Source of the DNA: Escherichia phage vB_Eco_OMNI12
Reading direction: 5' to 3' (one strand)
Length of the DNA: 64,000 bases
Sequence record: OL362041.1
Shown here: positions 21,032 through 31,717 of the stretch, one piece after another
How positions within the stretch are numbered: the first letter of the stretch is position 1
How the letters are laid out: every line of letters starts with the position of its first letter
The notes under the pieces: model-generated
The model's input: only the letters and a program-made list of their open reading frames with translations
The model's database searches: none
Told to the model about the DNA's origin: nothing
Program-made: the position numbers and the translations under genes

Positions 21032-22491
21032 AAACCAGTTACCTCATGAAAATCACCAAATACATCCTCGAATGTATTAGCTTTAGTTTTATCTTCACGT
21101 AAACGAATCGCAATCGGAAGAAATAATTTAACGTAATCAGTGCGGCCATCAGATTTTAACCAACCGTTGCATTCGCACTCTAGAATTTTTCCAATATAAT
21201 AATTTTGGTTTTCCATAATGCGAGTACGGTCAAGTTCATGCGATTTTACACCGGCTTTATCTTTTAAGCCTGAACCAGCATTTACCTTAATTTTTCCACA
21301 CTCTGATTCAAGAATAAATCCACCCGCTTTAGTAGGGTCTTTACGGTGAGGATAAATTCCTACAATTTTTAAATCAACATCAATTACTTCTTTAAATTTA
21401 TAGAGATTTTTTGAACGAGCATTTTCCCACAATCCATCGGTATTTTTGAGAATAATACCTTCAAGACCTTGGTCAATATACTTTTTATAAATTACCTTAG
21501 CTTCATCTAGGTTATTTACTACCTGGTTTTCAATTAAAATTACTTTATCATAACCTGATGTCATTTGTTCTAGTTTAGAAAAACGTACATCATATTTCAA
21601 ACGAAATGCAGGAAGACCGTATATTTCTACCAACGGGACATAATCCCAGACCTGAAACTTCATGCATTGAGCTTCTTTTTCAGAAATGGTTCCCTTTAAA
21701 GATTTATTGGCGATGCCATTAGATGCAGTACGTGATTCAGCTACTTCGGCGAATTCTTTAGCTTTACTAATTTCAGGATAAGCATCAAAAAGAAAATCTA
21801 GGCCTTCTGGCTCCTTTTCAACTTGCTCATGGTATACCAATTCGCCATCAATTAACACACCTTCTGGATGAATCTGGCGGGCTTCAGCAGTCATTTTGAT
21901 TAACTCTTCCTTAAGAAGATCTAATCCTAGATATTCATTACCAGCTCGTGATAAAAGACGAACATCATCTAATTCATCACCTCTGACTTCAGCAAAACAC
22001 CGAGCTCCATCAGCTTTTAACTGGGCAAAGGCTGGAAATTTGATATTCTTACTAATGCCTTTTTCATCATAAGAACTTGCAAGCATTTGAGGTTGTTCAG
22101 GAATTAAACCTGGCCAAACTTTGTTTGCAATAGATACTGAAGCACCGCATTCAAGGTCTCGCATCATCACCCGACGCAAAACTTCAACATCATCTTTTTT
22201 ACCGTCAGTAATATATCCAGTTAATTCCTCAATTGCCGCATTTCCAGTCAATTTCCGAGTAGCTAACGTGAATTCAATGAAGTCAAGCATATCGGTAAGA
22301 GTCAACATTCCAAAACTCTGGGTAGCAATACCCGGTTTAGGCCATTTCTTGATATAATACTGTAACCCACGAGAATAAGTCAGACGATATACTCGTTTAA
22401 GCAATTCATTATCTTTATTCTTTTCAAGAATTGCTTGCTTCTGCTTAGTTGAACCAATAGATGCTATTTCGCTCAGAATTTTAAGAATCAT
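21028..22491 (-). CDS. gp30: ATP-dependent DNA ligase
   Basis: 487 aa; adenylation motif AQLKADGARC (KxDG). Confidence 0.95.
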   Translation of the reverse strand: MILKILSEIASIGSTKQKQAILEKNKDNELLKRVYRLTYSRGLQYYIKKWPKPGIATQSFGMLTLTDMLDFIEFTLATRKLTGNAAIEELTGYITDGKKDDVEVLRRVMMRDLECGASVSIANKVWPGLIPEQPQMLASSYDEKGISKNIKFPAFAQLKADGARCFAEVRGDELDDVRLLSRAGNEYLGLDLLKEELIKMTAEARQIHPEGVLIDGELVYHEQVEKEPEGLDFLFDAYPEISKAKEFAEVAESRTASNGIANKSLKGTISEKEAQCMKFQVWDYVPLVEIYGLPAFRLKYDVRFSKLEQMTSGYDKVILIENQVVNNLDEAKVIYKKYIDQGLEGIILKNTDGLWENARSKNLYKFKEVIDVDLKIVGIYPHRKDPTKAGGFILESECGKIKVNAGSGLKDKAGVKSHELDRTRIMENQNYYIGKILECECNGWLKSDGRTDYVKLFLPIAIRLREDKTKANTFEDVFGDFHEVTGL

Positions 22492-22757
22492 TGTTCATCC
22501 TTTAGAGTTTGGTTTACAGCTCTATTATAAATCAATTCATCATTAAGCTCAGTCAAAGACCTGTGGTACGTGGTTCTAACTTTATTTCCTTGCATCCAGT
22601 GCTTGACGTAAATGAAACCTTGCTCTACACATTTTTTAAAAATTCGTTCGTCTTTTTGAGCTCGGAATTCTGGATTGCATCTAAAAAATTGATTTACGTG
22701 ACCGTAATCACGTGTAGTATTACCTTCATTTTCATAAATAGTATGAACAACAAACAT
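22488..22757 (-). CDS. Hypothetical protein (30.1 position)
   Basis: 89 aa ORF. Confidence 0.55.
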   Translation of the reverse strand: MFVVHTIYENEGNTTRDYGHVNQFFRCNPEFRAQKDERIFKKCVEQGFIYVKHWMQGNKVRTTYHRSLTELNDELIYNRAVNQTLKDEQ

Positions 22758-23611
22758 TAGAATGCTCCTTGGAAAATATTATCACCACTACCACTAGTAA
22801 GTCTATTAAAATACCCTGCATCGCCAGGCTTAATATAACTCCATGTATGAAATGGATGCACATGATATGGATGTGTATAATATGGATGATATGGATTATA
22901 AGGATTAAATCCAGGAGTTCTCCAAGTAGTGTTCCAACGAAAAGAATCGTTTTTAATCATCTTTTCAATTACATCTTTTATAGCTTTTTCACTATCAAAA
23001 CTTTCTTTATTTTCCTTTGGTGAAAAAAGCTTATTTTCTACATCATTCCATGTATAAACTCGCTGTGCAGTTTTTGGAATACTGTCACGCTCCCCTCGAG
23101 CCATCCAATAAACTGGAACATTTAATATTTCACTCGCATGATCGCAGTGGTGAGCGAGATCGTCAATATAACAAATCACGTTATATTTCTCTTTTGCCTT
23201 TTTGAACAACTCTTCTTTTGAAGAATCATGACCACACATCATTACTTCTGAGAAGGCACCAGGAAAAAGAGCATTCAAATTAAATTGACGATTCAACAGA
23301 GCGTCAATAGAATCACCCAGCGCTGTAACAGCTACAAAATTATAATCTTCTTTTAATTTGTTAATTACACACAGGGCATCTTTATATGGAGACAAGTAAC
23401 GAATAAAATCTGAACGATTGTATTTTTCAATTAACTTGACGCCAAGTTCTTCATCACAATTAAAGAGTTTACCAGGAGAAATAAATTTCTCATCTTGGAT
23501 CATTTTTAAAATATGTTCTAACGGAAGATTATATTTCTGAGCAAAATAAGGAAGGCCTGATTGCCAGCTTAAACATACTCCATCAATATCAGTTAAAATA
23601 GTAGGCTTCAT
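22757..23611 (-). CDS. HAD-like hydrolase candidate with C-terminal Pro/Tyr/His-rich tail (30.2 position)
   Basis: N-terminal ILTDIDGV resembles HAD motif I; C-terminal NPYNPYHPYYTHPYHVHPFH low-complexity tail. Confidence 0.55.
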   Translation of the reverse strand: MKPTILTDIDGVCLSWQSGLPYFAQKYNLPLEHILKMIQDEKFISPGKLFNCDEELGVKLIEKYNRSDFIRYLSPYKDALCVINKLKEDYNFVAVTALGDSIDALLNRQFNLNALFPGAFSEVMMCGHDSSKEELFKKAKEKYNVICYIDDLAHHCDHASEILNVPVYWMARGERDSIPKTAQRVYTWNDVENKLFSPKENKESFDSEKAIKDVIEKMIKNDSFRWNTTWRTPGFNPYNPYHPYYTHPYHVHPFHTWSYIKPGDAGYFNRLTSGSGDNIFQGAF

Positions 23612-24072
23612 AGAGAGTCTCTTAATAGGTTTAACACATCAATAAATTCAGCTTCGGTTAATATTGTATCATCTTTTGTTAGACCACTAGCCATGCTGTG
23701 CTTCAAAACTTTTCCTTTCGAGGCGTGTAATGCATCACGAAAGCCCTTGTTTTGGATCGCTGCTTCAAAATATGCATTTGTGTATAATTCTTTCCATGCT
23801 GGGGAGTATCTTGAAAACGGAACTCCAAGCCAGAAGAGGGTCCCACGGTCCTGAGCTCTAGCATAAGACCTTCCAGCTTGTTGGGCGGCAAGCCCGGATA
23901 ACCCAAATATACGACGTTGTTGTTCAGCATTTTTCACCTTGCATCCTTGGAAGAATCCTTCAAGACCTCCGAATTGAATACCATCCATGACGAAAGGCCA
24001 TTGGGCGAAATTACTTAATGCACACGATGGCCATCTAAAATTGCTTCTAATCTCTAACTCAGACATTTTCAA
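23608..24072 (-). CDS. NADAR (YbiA-like) domain protein (30.3 position)
   Basis: 154 aa; LSNFAQWPF...DG...EGFFQGCK matches the NADAR signature. Confidence 0.7.
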   Translation of the reverse strand: MKMSELEIRSNFRWPSCALSNFAQWPFVMDGIQFGGLEGFFQGCKVKNAEQQRRIFGLSGLAAQQAGRSYARAQDRGTLFWLGVPFSRYSPAWKELYTNAYFEAAIQNKGFRDALHASKGKVLKHSMASGLTKDDTILTEAEFIDVLNLLRDSL

Positions 24073-24265
24073 TACTTATAATTTCAACATCAGCCCAATG
24101 ACCATAGCAAGGAAGACGAAATTCAACTGGCCAGTTAGGGTCCTTTTCTAATATAATAGACTTAACTTGTGGTTCTTCATGTTCATCAGTATATGGATTT
24201 TTATCTGTTACTTTATATGTGACCTTAATGTACTGAATTCCAAAAATCTTATTAATTATATTCAT
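24059..24265 (-). CDS. Hypothetical protein
   Basis: 68 aa ORF in early operon. Confidence 0.5.
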   Translation of the reverse strand: MNIINKIFGIQYIKVTYKVTDKNPYTDEHEEPQVKSIILEKDPNWPVEFRLPCYGHWADVEIISIENV

Positions 24266-24459
24266 ACTAATTCCTTTAATCCGTAGATAGGAGATAATTC
24301 ATCGCCCATACGAAGGTCTTCATTTCCATCTACCCAAGAAACAATATAAGCCTCTTTTATTTGAATACCACTCCATTTAAACGGAGGTAGAACCTTAGAA
24401 ATTAATCCAGGTATACCAACTCCCTTTAATTCAACAGTTTGACCTAAAAAGAATTTCAT
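24262..24459 (-). CDS. Hypothetical protein
   Basis: 65 aa ORF. Confidence 0.5.
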   Translation of the reverse strand: MKFFLGQTVELKGVGIPGLISKVLPPFKWSGIQIKEAYIVSWVDGNEDLRMGDELSPIYGLKELV

Positions 24460-24746
24460 TAAAACCTCATCTGAAAACCGTGCGATTTAACATTACCGCC
24501 ATTAATATCAGAACTATTAATTTCACGTGCAATTGAGGGATCAATGTCAATTTCGCGATTGAGTTTAGTGATAGCTAAAGTATCGCGCCCATTTACAGTA
24601 CGGAACTCTAAAGGGCAGACTACATTAACGTAGTTTTTAATCGATTCACTGGTAGGTTGCAAATGTGCAGGAAGGTCTTTAGGCGCCTTTGAGAAAACTA
24701 CTTCGCAGAAGTTTTTACGGGTATCAAAATAAGTAGTCATAAACAT
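24459..24746 (-). CDS. Hypothetical protein (95 aa from internal ATG)
   Basis: ORF-track N-terminus overlaps a terminator hairpin; GAGGAAAATGTT-ATG at 24746 is the likely start. Confidence 0.5.
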   Translation of the reverse strand: MFMTTYFDTRKNFCEVVFSKAPKDLPAHLQPTSESIKNYVNVVCPLEFRTVNGRDTLAITKLNREIDIDPSIAREINSSDINGGNVKSHGFQMRF

Positions 24747-24762
24747 AACATTTTCCTCAGTA

Positions 24763-24778
24763 AGGGGCCAAAGCCCCT
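24763..24778 (-). terminator. Hairpin between early genes
   Basis: AGGGGC-TTTG-GCCCCT on the - strand just after the stop at 24787. Confidence 0.45.
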
Positions 24779-24786
24779 CATTTATT

Positions 24787-25164
24787 TTAAATATCAAATT
24801 CGTTAAGAACTACATCAAAGATTGCTTCAAGATGCTCAGGTTTAGCTCTGTTACTCAGAATATGACGAATCCAAGTTTTAACCAAAAGCTTGCGATTAAC
24901 GCCATTCCAGCAAGGATGAGTCCCTAAATCGCGTTCACGGAAATCATCATCCAGAGCGATTTTAAAGTTGGAACCTTCCATCGTGATTGAAACCGTGATA
25001 CCGTTTTCAAATCGCATATAAACGTAATTAGGAGTCATATACTGCTCAATTTCGCATACTGATCCATTTTGATGTTTCCAAAGGCAAATAGTATCAATAG
25101 AACCTGCAATACTATTAGAAACATATTTACGTTCAAAGTTGATGTAGTTCATTTTATTCTCCAA
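24787..25164 (-). CDS. Hypothetical protein
   Basis: 125 aa ORF. Confidence 0.55.
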   Translation of the reverse strand: MENKMNYINFERKYVSNSIAGSIDTICLWKHQNGSVCEIEQYMTPNYVYMRFENGITVSITMEGSNFKIALDDDFRERDLGTHPCWNGVNRKLLVKTWIRHILSNRAKPEHLEAIFDVVLNEFDI

Positions 25165-25219
25165 GATGTTTAATTGCGGTACAGGTATATAATATCATAT
25201 CCTGTACCAAAGTAAACAA

Positions 25220-25552
25220 TTATTTTACTACTTTCCAATGCTGCATGTCAAGTTTACCAACTTTTTTCATCTTCTCAATTAAGCGTTCGGCACGTTGGCG
25301 AGCTGTAACATAATACCATTCACCTAATTCATTTTGTTCAATTTTTCCAACGATTACTGTATTCAATTCATAAATCCAACCAGTAAAGAAATTATGAACT
25401 TGAATTGTAAAGGTGAAATCTGTTCCCATACCTTCTGTTGTTTCTACTTCAATAATATCACCTTCAACTGCCATTAAGAACCACATAGTTTCATCATATT
25501 TACCATTGAAGCATTTAGTTTTAACTGCAGCGTTCAGATTAATCGTTTTCAT
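25220..25552 (-). CDS. Hypothetical protein
   Basis: 110 aa ORF with GGAG upstream. Confidence 0.55.
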   Translation of the reverse strand: MKTINLNAAVKTKCFNGKYDETMWFLMAVEGDIIEVETTEGMGTDFTFTIQVHNFFTGWIYELNTVIVGKIEQNELGEWYYVTARQRAERLIEKMKKVGKLDMQHWKVVK

Positions 25553-25627
25553 TTTATTCTCCTTTGTTTGTGTAAGATAATACTATCACAAAGGAACCAT
25601 ACTGTAAACAACTTTATGCAATCTTTG

Positions 25628-25658
25628 GAAAATAAAAAAGGACTCCCGAAGGAGTCCT
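25628..25658 (-). terminator. Rho-independent terminator
   Basis: AGGACTCC-TTCG-GGAGTCCT on the - strand followed by TTTTTTATTTT. Confidence 0.65.
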
Positions 25659-25662
25659 CAAC

Positions 25663-25839
25663 TTATGCTTTCTGCTTACCAAAACGAGAAGCATCATCTC
25701 GAAGAACCGCACGTGCTCGGCGCATGATCTTCTCAACAGTTTGATTGATACGAGAGTTCGACCCACGCTTGTAGCCAGCGCGTTTAGAATCACCAACTTT
25801 CTTTTCAACTGCTTTCTTTGCTTTAGCTTGTTTTGCCAT
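25663..25839 (-). CDS. Small highly basic protein (58 aa from internal ATG)
   Basis: MAKQAKAKKAVEKK...; Lys/Arg-rich. Confidence 0.45.
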   Translation of the reverse strand: MAKQAKAKKAVEKKVGDSKRAGYKRGSNSRINQTVEKIMRRARAVLRDDASRFGKQKA

Positions 25840-26237
25840 TATAAATTCTCTTTTAAATGAAAATGCAGGACTTATTGGCATTGCCTGCGCAAGCCCTCAA
25901 GGGGAACATAGGTTTTTTGATATTTAACGACCAGGATAACCATAAACCCGTCATCATACCTTATAGCTCTTATCTGTTGCACACCGTTAGCTTAAAGGTT
26001 CCGGGTTCGATTTCTCGAGGATAAGATATATACTGATGGATATATAGGCCTTGAGGCGTACTCCCGATTGGCCATCACCTCGGGGTAGCATGCACTTGCC
26101 GCTATAAGAATAACATTCAAGAGGTACACCGTAAAACTGCCGGGGTCTTAAAACTATAATGATTCGCAAATCATTAATCAGACAGTTCGACGGCTCCTCG
26201 TTTTAACTTCACACTAAGGCAGTGACTCTCCAATAAA

Positions 26238-26486
26238 TTACTTCAGTGTTACCACAAAGTGACGAACTGCTTTTCGTGCAGCAGAAGCCAGAGGCTTAGC
26301 ATATTTAAGTTCATCTTTTTCCTGAAGCTCAGCAGCTAATGCAGTTTGAGCAGGATTCAGATGTTTGAAATAACGCAGGATTTCAAGAGCTTCGGCTTCA
26401 ACATCAATAGATGCGCCATAGTTTTCGTGACCATTATTCCATGCGTTTCGTTGCAGTTCAAGAGCGTGTTGTAATTGTTTAATCAT
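26238..26486 (-). CDS. 82 aa protein adjacent to gene 31; possibly rIII (lysis inhibition accessory)
   Basis: Size and position next to gene 31; the assignment rests on map position only. Confidence 0.4.
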   Translation of the reverse strand: MIKQLQHALELQRNAWNNGHENYGASIDVEAEALEILRYFKHLNPAQTALAAELQEKDELKYAKPLASAARKAVRHFVVTLK

Positions 26487-26633
26487 TTAAAAATTCTCGT
26501 TAGAGATTAAAACTCGGTAGTCACGTTCTTCTGAATTTCATCTTCTTTCGACAGATCTCTCAGTTGTAGACTACCACATAGAATTGTTCGGTTAACTTAT
26601 TATTCCGACACCCAATTCATATTATTATTTATA

Positions 26634-26969
26634 TCACTTATAAAGACATGGAATAGCTTTATAGTGACAGGTAACGAATTTTTGTTTAATTTCTTTTGGC
26701 TGCTTAAGACCCAGAGCTACAAAAGGGTGTGGAACGTTTCGAATTTGACCAACTGGAAGAGAAGTCAAATCACCAACTTCACAGAAACCTTCAGGAACAT
26801 CAGGACCGACAGAGTGAACTACACACAGTTCAGGAACTTCACCTTGAACACGTTTACCGATAATAAGTCCTGATTCTGTAACTTCTTCATCACCGGCTTG
26901 TGCAGGTTCAGAAACTAAAATAACATATTCACCGACAGCACGAATTGGTAGCTGTTGTACTTCAGACAT
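26634..26969 (-). CDS. gp31: Co-chaperonin gp31 (GroES functional analogue)
   Basis: 111 aa; [19 protein letters not shown]... recognised as gp31. Confidence 0.9.
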
Positions 26970-26999
26970 CGTTTTTCCTTTTTGTTAACAGATGAATTA

Positions 27000-27024
27000 A
27001 TAATAACAAATAATTCTTAAAGCA
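27000..27024 (-). promoter_or_regulatory. Middle promoter (MotA box) upstream of gene 31
   Basis: On the - strand AAATGCTTTA, 12 nt spacer, TATTAT. Confidence 0.45.
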
Positions 27025-27025
27025 T

Positions 27026-27334
27026 TTATTTACCAATAAATTGGAGCAAATGCTCAACTTTCATACCATTAACGGAAATCAATTTGTCAATAGAAAAACC
27101 TCGCCATGCACCAAGTTCAACATCAAATACTGGAATCATATCAGTAGATTCTTTCCGAGTAGATTCAGTCAATTTACCAGTTTGCATGGTTGGCATAAAG
27201 TCAGCATCGCGAGTACCTTTCATAACACGAATAGTACCATCAGACTTTTCAAAAACTACGTTTGAAACACCCATGGACAATTTAGTTTTCAAAATTTCAC
27301 GAATTGCTACTTTTTGTTCAGTCGTCAGTTTCAT
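27026..27334 (-). CDS. Hypothetical protein (31.1 position)
   Basis: 102 aa ORF. Confidence 0.55.
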   Translation of the reverse strand: MKLTTEQKVAIREILKTKLSMGVSNVVFEKSDGTIRVMKGTRDADFMPTMQTGKLTESTRKESTDMIPVFDVELGAWRGFSIDKLISVNGMKVEHLLQFIGK

Positions 27335-27571
27335 TTATTTACCTATTACAGTTTTAATATGAGTTGTTCCACGTTCTTTAAGAGTGGAAAGTAATTTTTG
27401 GCATTTTTCTAAATCAGATTTCCAACTATGTGGTCTATCAATACAAACCCAGTTTGACTTATAATACTGCTTCCATTTAGAGAAAAAATACTTCTTATAC
27501 TCTACAGCAAATGAAATGTTCTCATTGGAATAAGAACTAATTGCTGTGAGCTGTACCAAACGAAATTTCAT
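27335..27571 (-). CDS. Hypothetical protein (31.2 position)
   Basis: 78 aa ORF. Confidence 0.5.
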   Translation of the reverse strand: MKFRLVQLTAISSYSNENISFAVEYKKYFFSKWKQYYKSNWVCIDRPHSWKSDLEKCQKLLSTLKERGTTHIKTVIGK

Positions 27572-28152
27572 TATTCACCACAGAATTCGTTGATATTTTC
27601 CCAGTTTAACTTATTTAAGTTTTTCTTAGGAACATTAAACACTTCAATACCTGCATTTCGCAGAATATCATCCCAGCCAGGTTTATTTTTATCGTATGTT
27701 TCACAATAAACCAGCTTTTTAATTCCAGATTGAGCTATTGCTTTTGCACAATCTGGGCAAGGAGAAAGTGTTACATACATAGTAGCACCTTCAATTGAAG
27801 AACCGTTTCGTGCAGCAAACAAAATCGCATTTAGTTCAGCATGAATTTCATTTTTAGACGACCATTCAGAGTGCGCGCTACGATGTTCTTTCGCCAATAC
27901 AAAACGATCAGTTGAACCAAATGATACACATTCAGGCTTATGACCTTGAATGATAGTATGTTTAGGTTTATTCAGCAACCAACCTTGCTCAGCAGCATAA
28001 TCACAACAGTTCACACCACCTGCAGGTGAACCATTATATCCAGTAGAAATAATACGTCCATTCTTTTCAATTACTGCTCCTACTTTCCAGGAGCAACATT
28101 TTGATTCTTGTGATACTAAATATGCAATTTGAAGTACTGTACTCGCTTTCAT
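27571..28152 (-). CDS. cd: dCMP deaminase
   Basis: 193 aa; zinc-binding HAELNA...PCPDC deaminase motifs. Confidence 0.9.
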   Translation of the reverse strand: MKASTVLQIAYLVSQESKCCSWKVGAVIEKNGRIISTGYNGSPAGGVNCCDYAAEQGWLLNKPKHTIIQGHKPECVSFGSTDRFVLAKEHRSAHSEWSSKNEIHAELNAILFAARNGSSIEGATMYVTLSPCPDCAKAIAQSGIKKLVYCETYDKNKPGWDDILRNAGIEVFNVPKKNLNKLNWENINEFCGE

Positions 28153-28487
28153 TTCATAATCACCAGATAAGCAGATTTAGCAGTTTCAACACGATAAATT
28201 TCGTGACGAAGTTTAGTTATACTTTTAATAACAGAACTAATTATATTCTGCCCATCTTTAAAGCGGTTTTTCTTATCAATAAAAATTGCACCAGCCATCT
28301 TTTTGTGAAGCTCAACTGGATACTTCGTCACAATAATAGCATCATACACAGAAGGATGAATACTATTCACTAGAGTATCGTTCATTAAAGTTATTCTAAT
28401 GAACTGTGCTGTTTCAGAGTCAAGCGCTCTATGATCGCCAGTATCATTTTCAAGACAATTATCAATTATATCAGTTAAATTCATCAT
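28149..28487 (-). CDS. Hypothetical protein (cd.1 position)
   Basis: 112 aa ORF. Confidence 0.5.
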   Translation of the reverse strand: MMNLTDIIDNCLENDTGDHRALDSETAQFIRITLMNDTLVNSIHPSVYDAIIVTKYPVELHKKMAGAIFIDKKNRFKDGQNIISSVIKSITKLRHEIYRVETAKSAYLVIMK

Positions 28488-28720
28488 AGTACGCCATACA
28501 CCCTTTGTGCTTCAACTAATCCATCAAAATCCAATTTGAGATGTGTTATTTGGTCACCATCACCTGGATTCACAATTACTAATACCGAACGAGGAGTTTC
28601 GGTAATAACACGAACCGACGTTTCAGGAAATCGTTCAGAAACCTTATTTACCAATTCTTGAGCAAATAGTTTAACTTTTTCTTGGAATTCTTTAACAGTA
28701 ATTGGTTTTTCGCTTAGCAT
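28484..28720 (-). CDS. Hypothetical protein (cd.2 position)
   Basis: 78 aa ORF. Confidence 0.5.
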   Translation of the reverse strand: MLSEKPITVKEFQEKVKLFAQELVNKVSERFPETSVRVITETPRSVLVIVNPGDGDQITHLKLDFDGLVEAQRVYGVL

Positions 28721-29241
28721 GTTGATCCTAGCTCCTTACTTTCAACATTTTTAACTAATTTGACAGAAACTAATTCAGCATCTTGGGTAATCATTACCGG
28801 ACCTTCTTCATGCTCTTCAAGATATTCTAGAGCTTTCTTTTTAGCTTCTTCCTTCGTATCAGTTTGAGCATAGATATAGAACATACAACCAGTAATACCT
28901 ACTACTTTCCACTTAATTTCTTTATCAGTTTTAATTTCAAATTTACTTACAGAATCATCTTTTTGAACTTCTTCGAAAAAAGAATATTCTAACATATAAG
29001 CAATTGAAAATAACGGGCTAACTTTATAGGATTCACCCATTACATCAACAGCTTTATACCAACAATCATCAATTTCACGTTTAATGCTAATAACATTTTT
29101 CGCAGGATCTATTTTTACTTTAAATGAATTTTCCCCAATAAACTGGGCAATTCGTTTATTAGCCCCGCAAGTTTCATTAAAAATATCTTTATATCCAGCT
29201 TTAAAGCGATAAACCTTATCTTCTTCAAACCATTCGCTCAT
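28714..29241 (-). CDS. Hypothetical protein (cd.3 position)
   Basis: 175 aa ORF. Confidence 0.55.
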   Translation of the reverse strand: MSEWFEEDKVYRFKAGYKDIFNETCGANKRIAQFIGENSFKVKIDPAKNVISIKREIDDCWYKAVDVMGESYKVSPLFSIAYMLEYSFFEEVQKDDSVSKFEIKTDKEIKWKVVGITGCMFYIYAQTDTKEEAKKKALEYLEEHEEGPVMITQDAELVSVKLVKNVESKELGSTC

Positions 29242-29303
29242 TTCAATTTCCTCATTTGTTTTGGTAGAGCTATAATATCACAACTCTACCGTAAAGTAAA
29301 CTA

Positions 29304-29609
29304 TTAAATTGCTTTGAATTCTGATGTCTGTGATTCAAAGCGAATGTCGCCTTTGATAACTAGCTCAGCATCAAGACCAAATACAACAATGATATGCGCG
29401 GAACCTGGATACAACGTAATGGCAATAGAATCCACCTGGTCTGGAAGCAAAGCGTTCAATACATGAGTCACTTGAGCGTGGATTCGAAGTTCAGCTGCAT
29501 TATCAAGCTTTTCAAACATGTTATTAGCGATAATTTGGCTAAACACTACTTCTACGATTTTAGAGTAAGTCGGAAACATATTTACCTCACATAATTTTCT
29601 TCGAGCCAA
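29304..29609 (-). CDS. Hypothetical protein (cd.4 position)
   Basis: 101 aa ORF. Confidence 0.5.
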   Translation of the reverse strand: MARRKLCEVNMFPTYSKIVEVVFSQIIANNMFEKLDNAAELRIHAQVTHVLNALLPDQVDSIAITLYPGSAHIIVVFGLDAELVIKGDIRFESQTSEFKAI

Positions 29610-29782
29610 TCAATAACATCCAAAGCGTTATCAAAAGTTGCGCCATCTACTTTGTCTTCTGTTTCATAATCAAGAACATCTAGGCCTACTCTTCCGTCAA
29701 CAATAGGCCATAGACAAAATAGATATTTCTTTTCTTTTTCAATTTTATCACAAAGACGATAAATCTTTTCTAGGTTATTCAT
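29582..29782 (-). CDS. Hypothetical protein (cd.5 position)
   Basis: 66 aa ORF. Confidence 0.45.
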   Translation of the reverse strand: MNNLEKIYRLCDKIEKEKKYLFCLWPIVDGRVGLDVLDYETEDKVDGATFDNALDVIDWLEENYVR

Positions 29783-29971
29783 ACGTTTTCCATGGTAAAG
29801 GCAGTTTAGTTTTCTTTACTACTAGTTCAACATCAGGATTCTTTTCTCTTAATTTAAGGCATTCCTCCCATGCTCTATTTTCACTAGTAAATACACAAAA
29901 TTGCCCATTACTAGTACCAACTAAACCGCTATTTACAATAACAATAGCCCAAGTTTCATGGTGCCAAGCCA

Positions 29972-29972
<1 letters not shown>
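29775..29972 (-). CDS. Hypothetical protein (65 aa from internal ATG)
   Basis: ATG overlaps the pseT stop by one base (TAATG). Confidence 0.4.
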
Positions 29973-31190
<1,218 letters not shown>

Positions 31191-31194
<4 letters not shown>

Positions 31195-31421
31195 TTATTT
31201 TTCTCAACTAATGATTGAATATAATCATGCAGGTCTTTAGATGCTTTACCCCACTTATTTTGATATTCATTTTTGAGATTAGCACGGGATTGAGCTAATA
31301 AAACATCATTAGTTGGAGGTAAAGATTCTAACCGCTGAATCTGGCGTCCATAAATCATTGCAGCCATCTCGGATTCATAAATCAATCCTTTGAGATGTTC
31401 AAATTGATGCCATGAAATCAT
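31191..31421 (-). CDS. Hypothetical protein
   Basis: 76 aa ORF. Confidence 0.5.
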
Positions 31422-31717
31422 TTACATTTATCCTCTTTTAACTCTTGACGATAATAACATATCATAGTTTTTTGGTCATGTACATATCGTTTTACATCAT
31501 TAAGCCAAATACGAAATTCCTGAGAATCTTCAAATGGCATACCGACCCAAGCTTTACCATCAATAACTTTAACTTGCCAAGATAGTTTAGCTTCATCATA
31601 TGACTTTATCTGTACAGGCCAATTAGGATGAACTGTTTCTTTCTTTACTTCTAGAGGCTTTGTCGAACAACCAGCTAGAAGACCGATAGATAATATTACT
31701 GCTGATAGTCTAATCAT
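31418..31717 (-). CDS. Outer-membrane spanin (Rz1-like lipoprotein)
   Basis: Signal peptide with lipobox LLAGC near the N-terminus; follows the i-spanin gene. Confidence 0.65.
   Translation of the reverse strand: MIRLSAVILSIGLLAGCSTKPLEVKKETVHPNWPVQIKSYDEAKLSWQVKVIDGKAWVGMPFEDSQEFRIWLNDVKRYVHDQKTMICYYRQELKEDKCK

Noticed and set aside
25995-26015. tRNA-like T-loop sequence GGTTCGATT
   Set aside because: Flanking sequence does not form the T-stem, acceptor stem or anticodon arm on either strand; no tRNA called
25987-26169. 60 aa - strand ORF inside the non-coding island
   Set aside because: Starts with TTG, has no Shine-Dalgarno and a low-complexity translation; the region is flagged as non-coding instead
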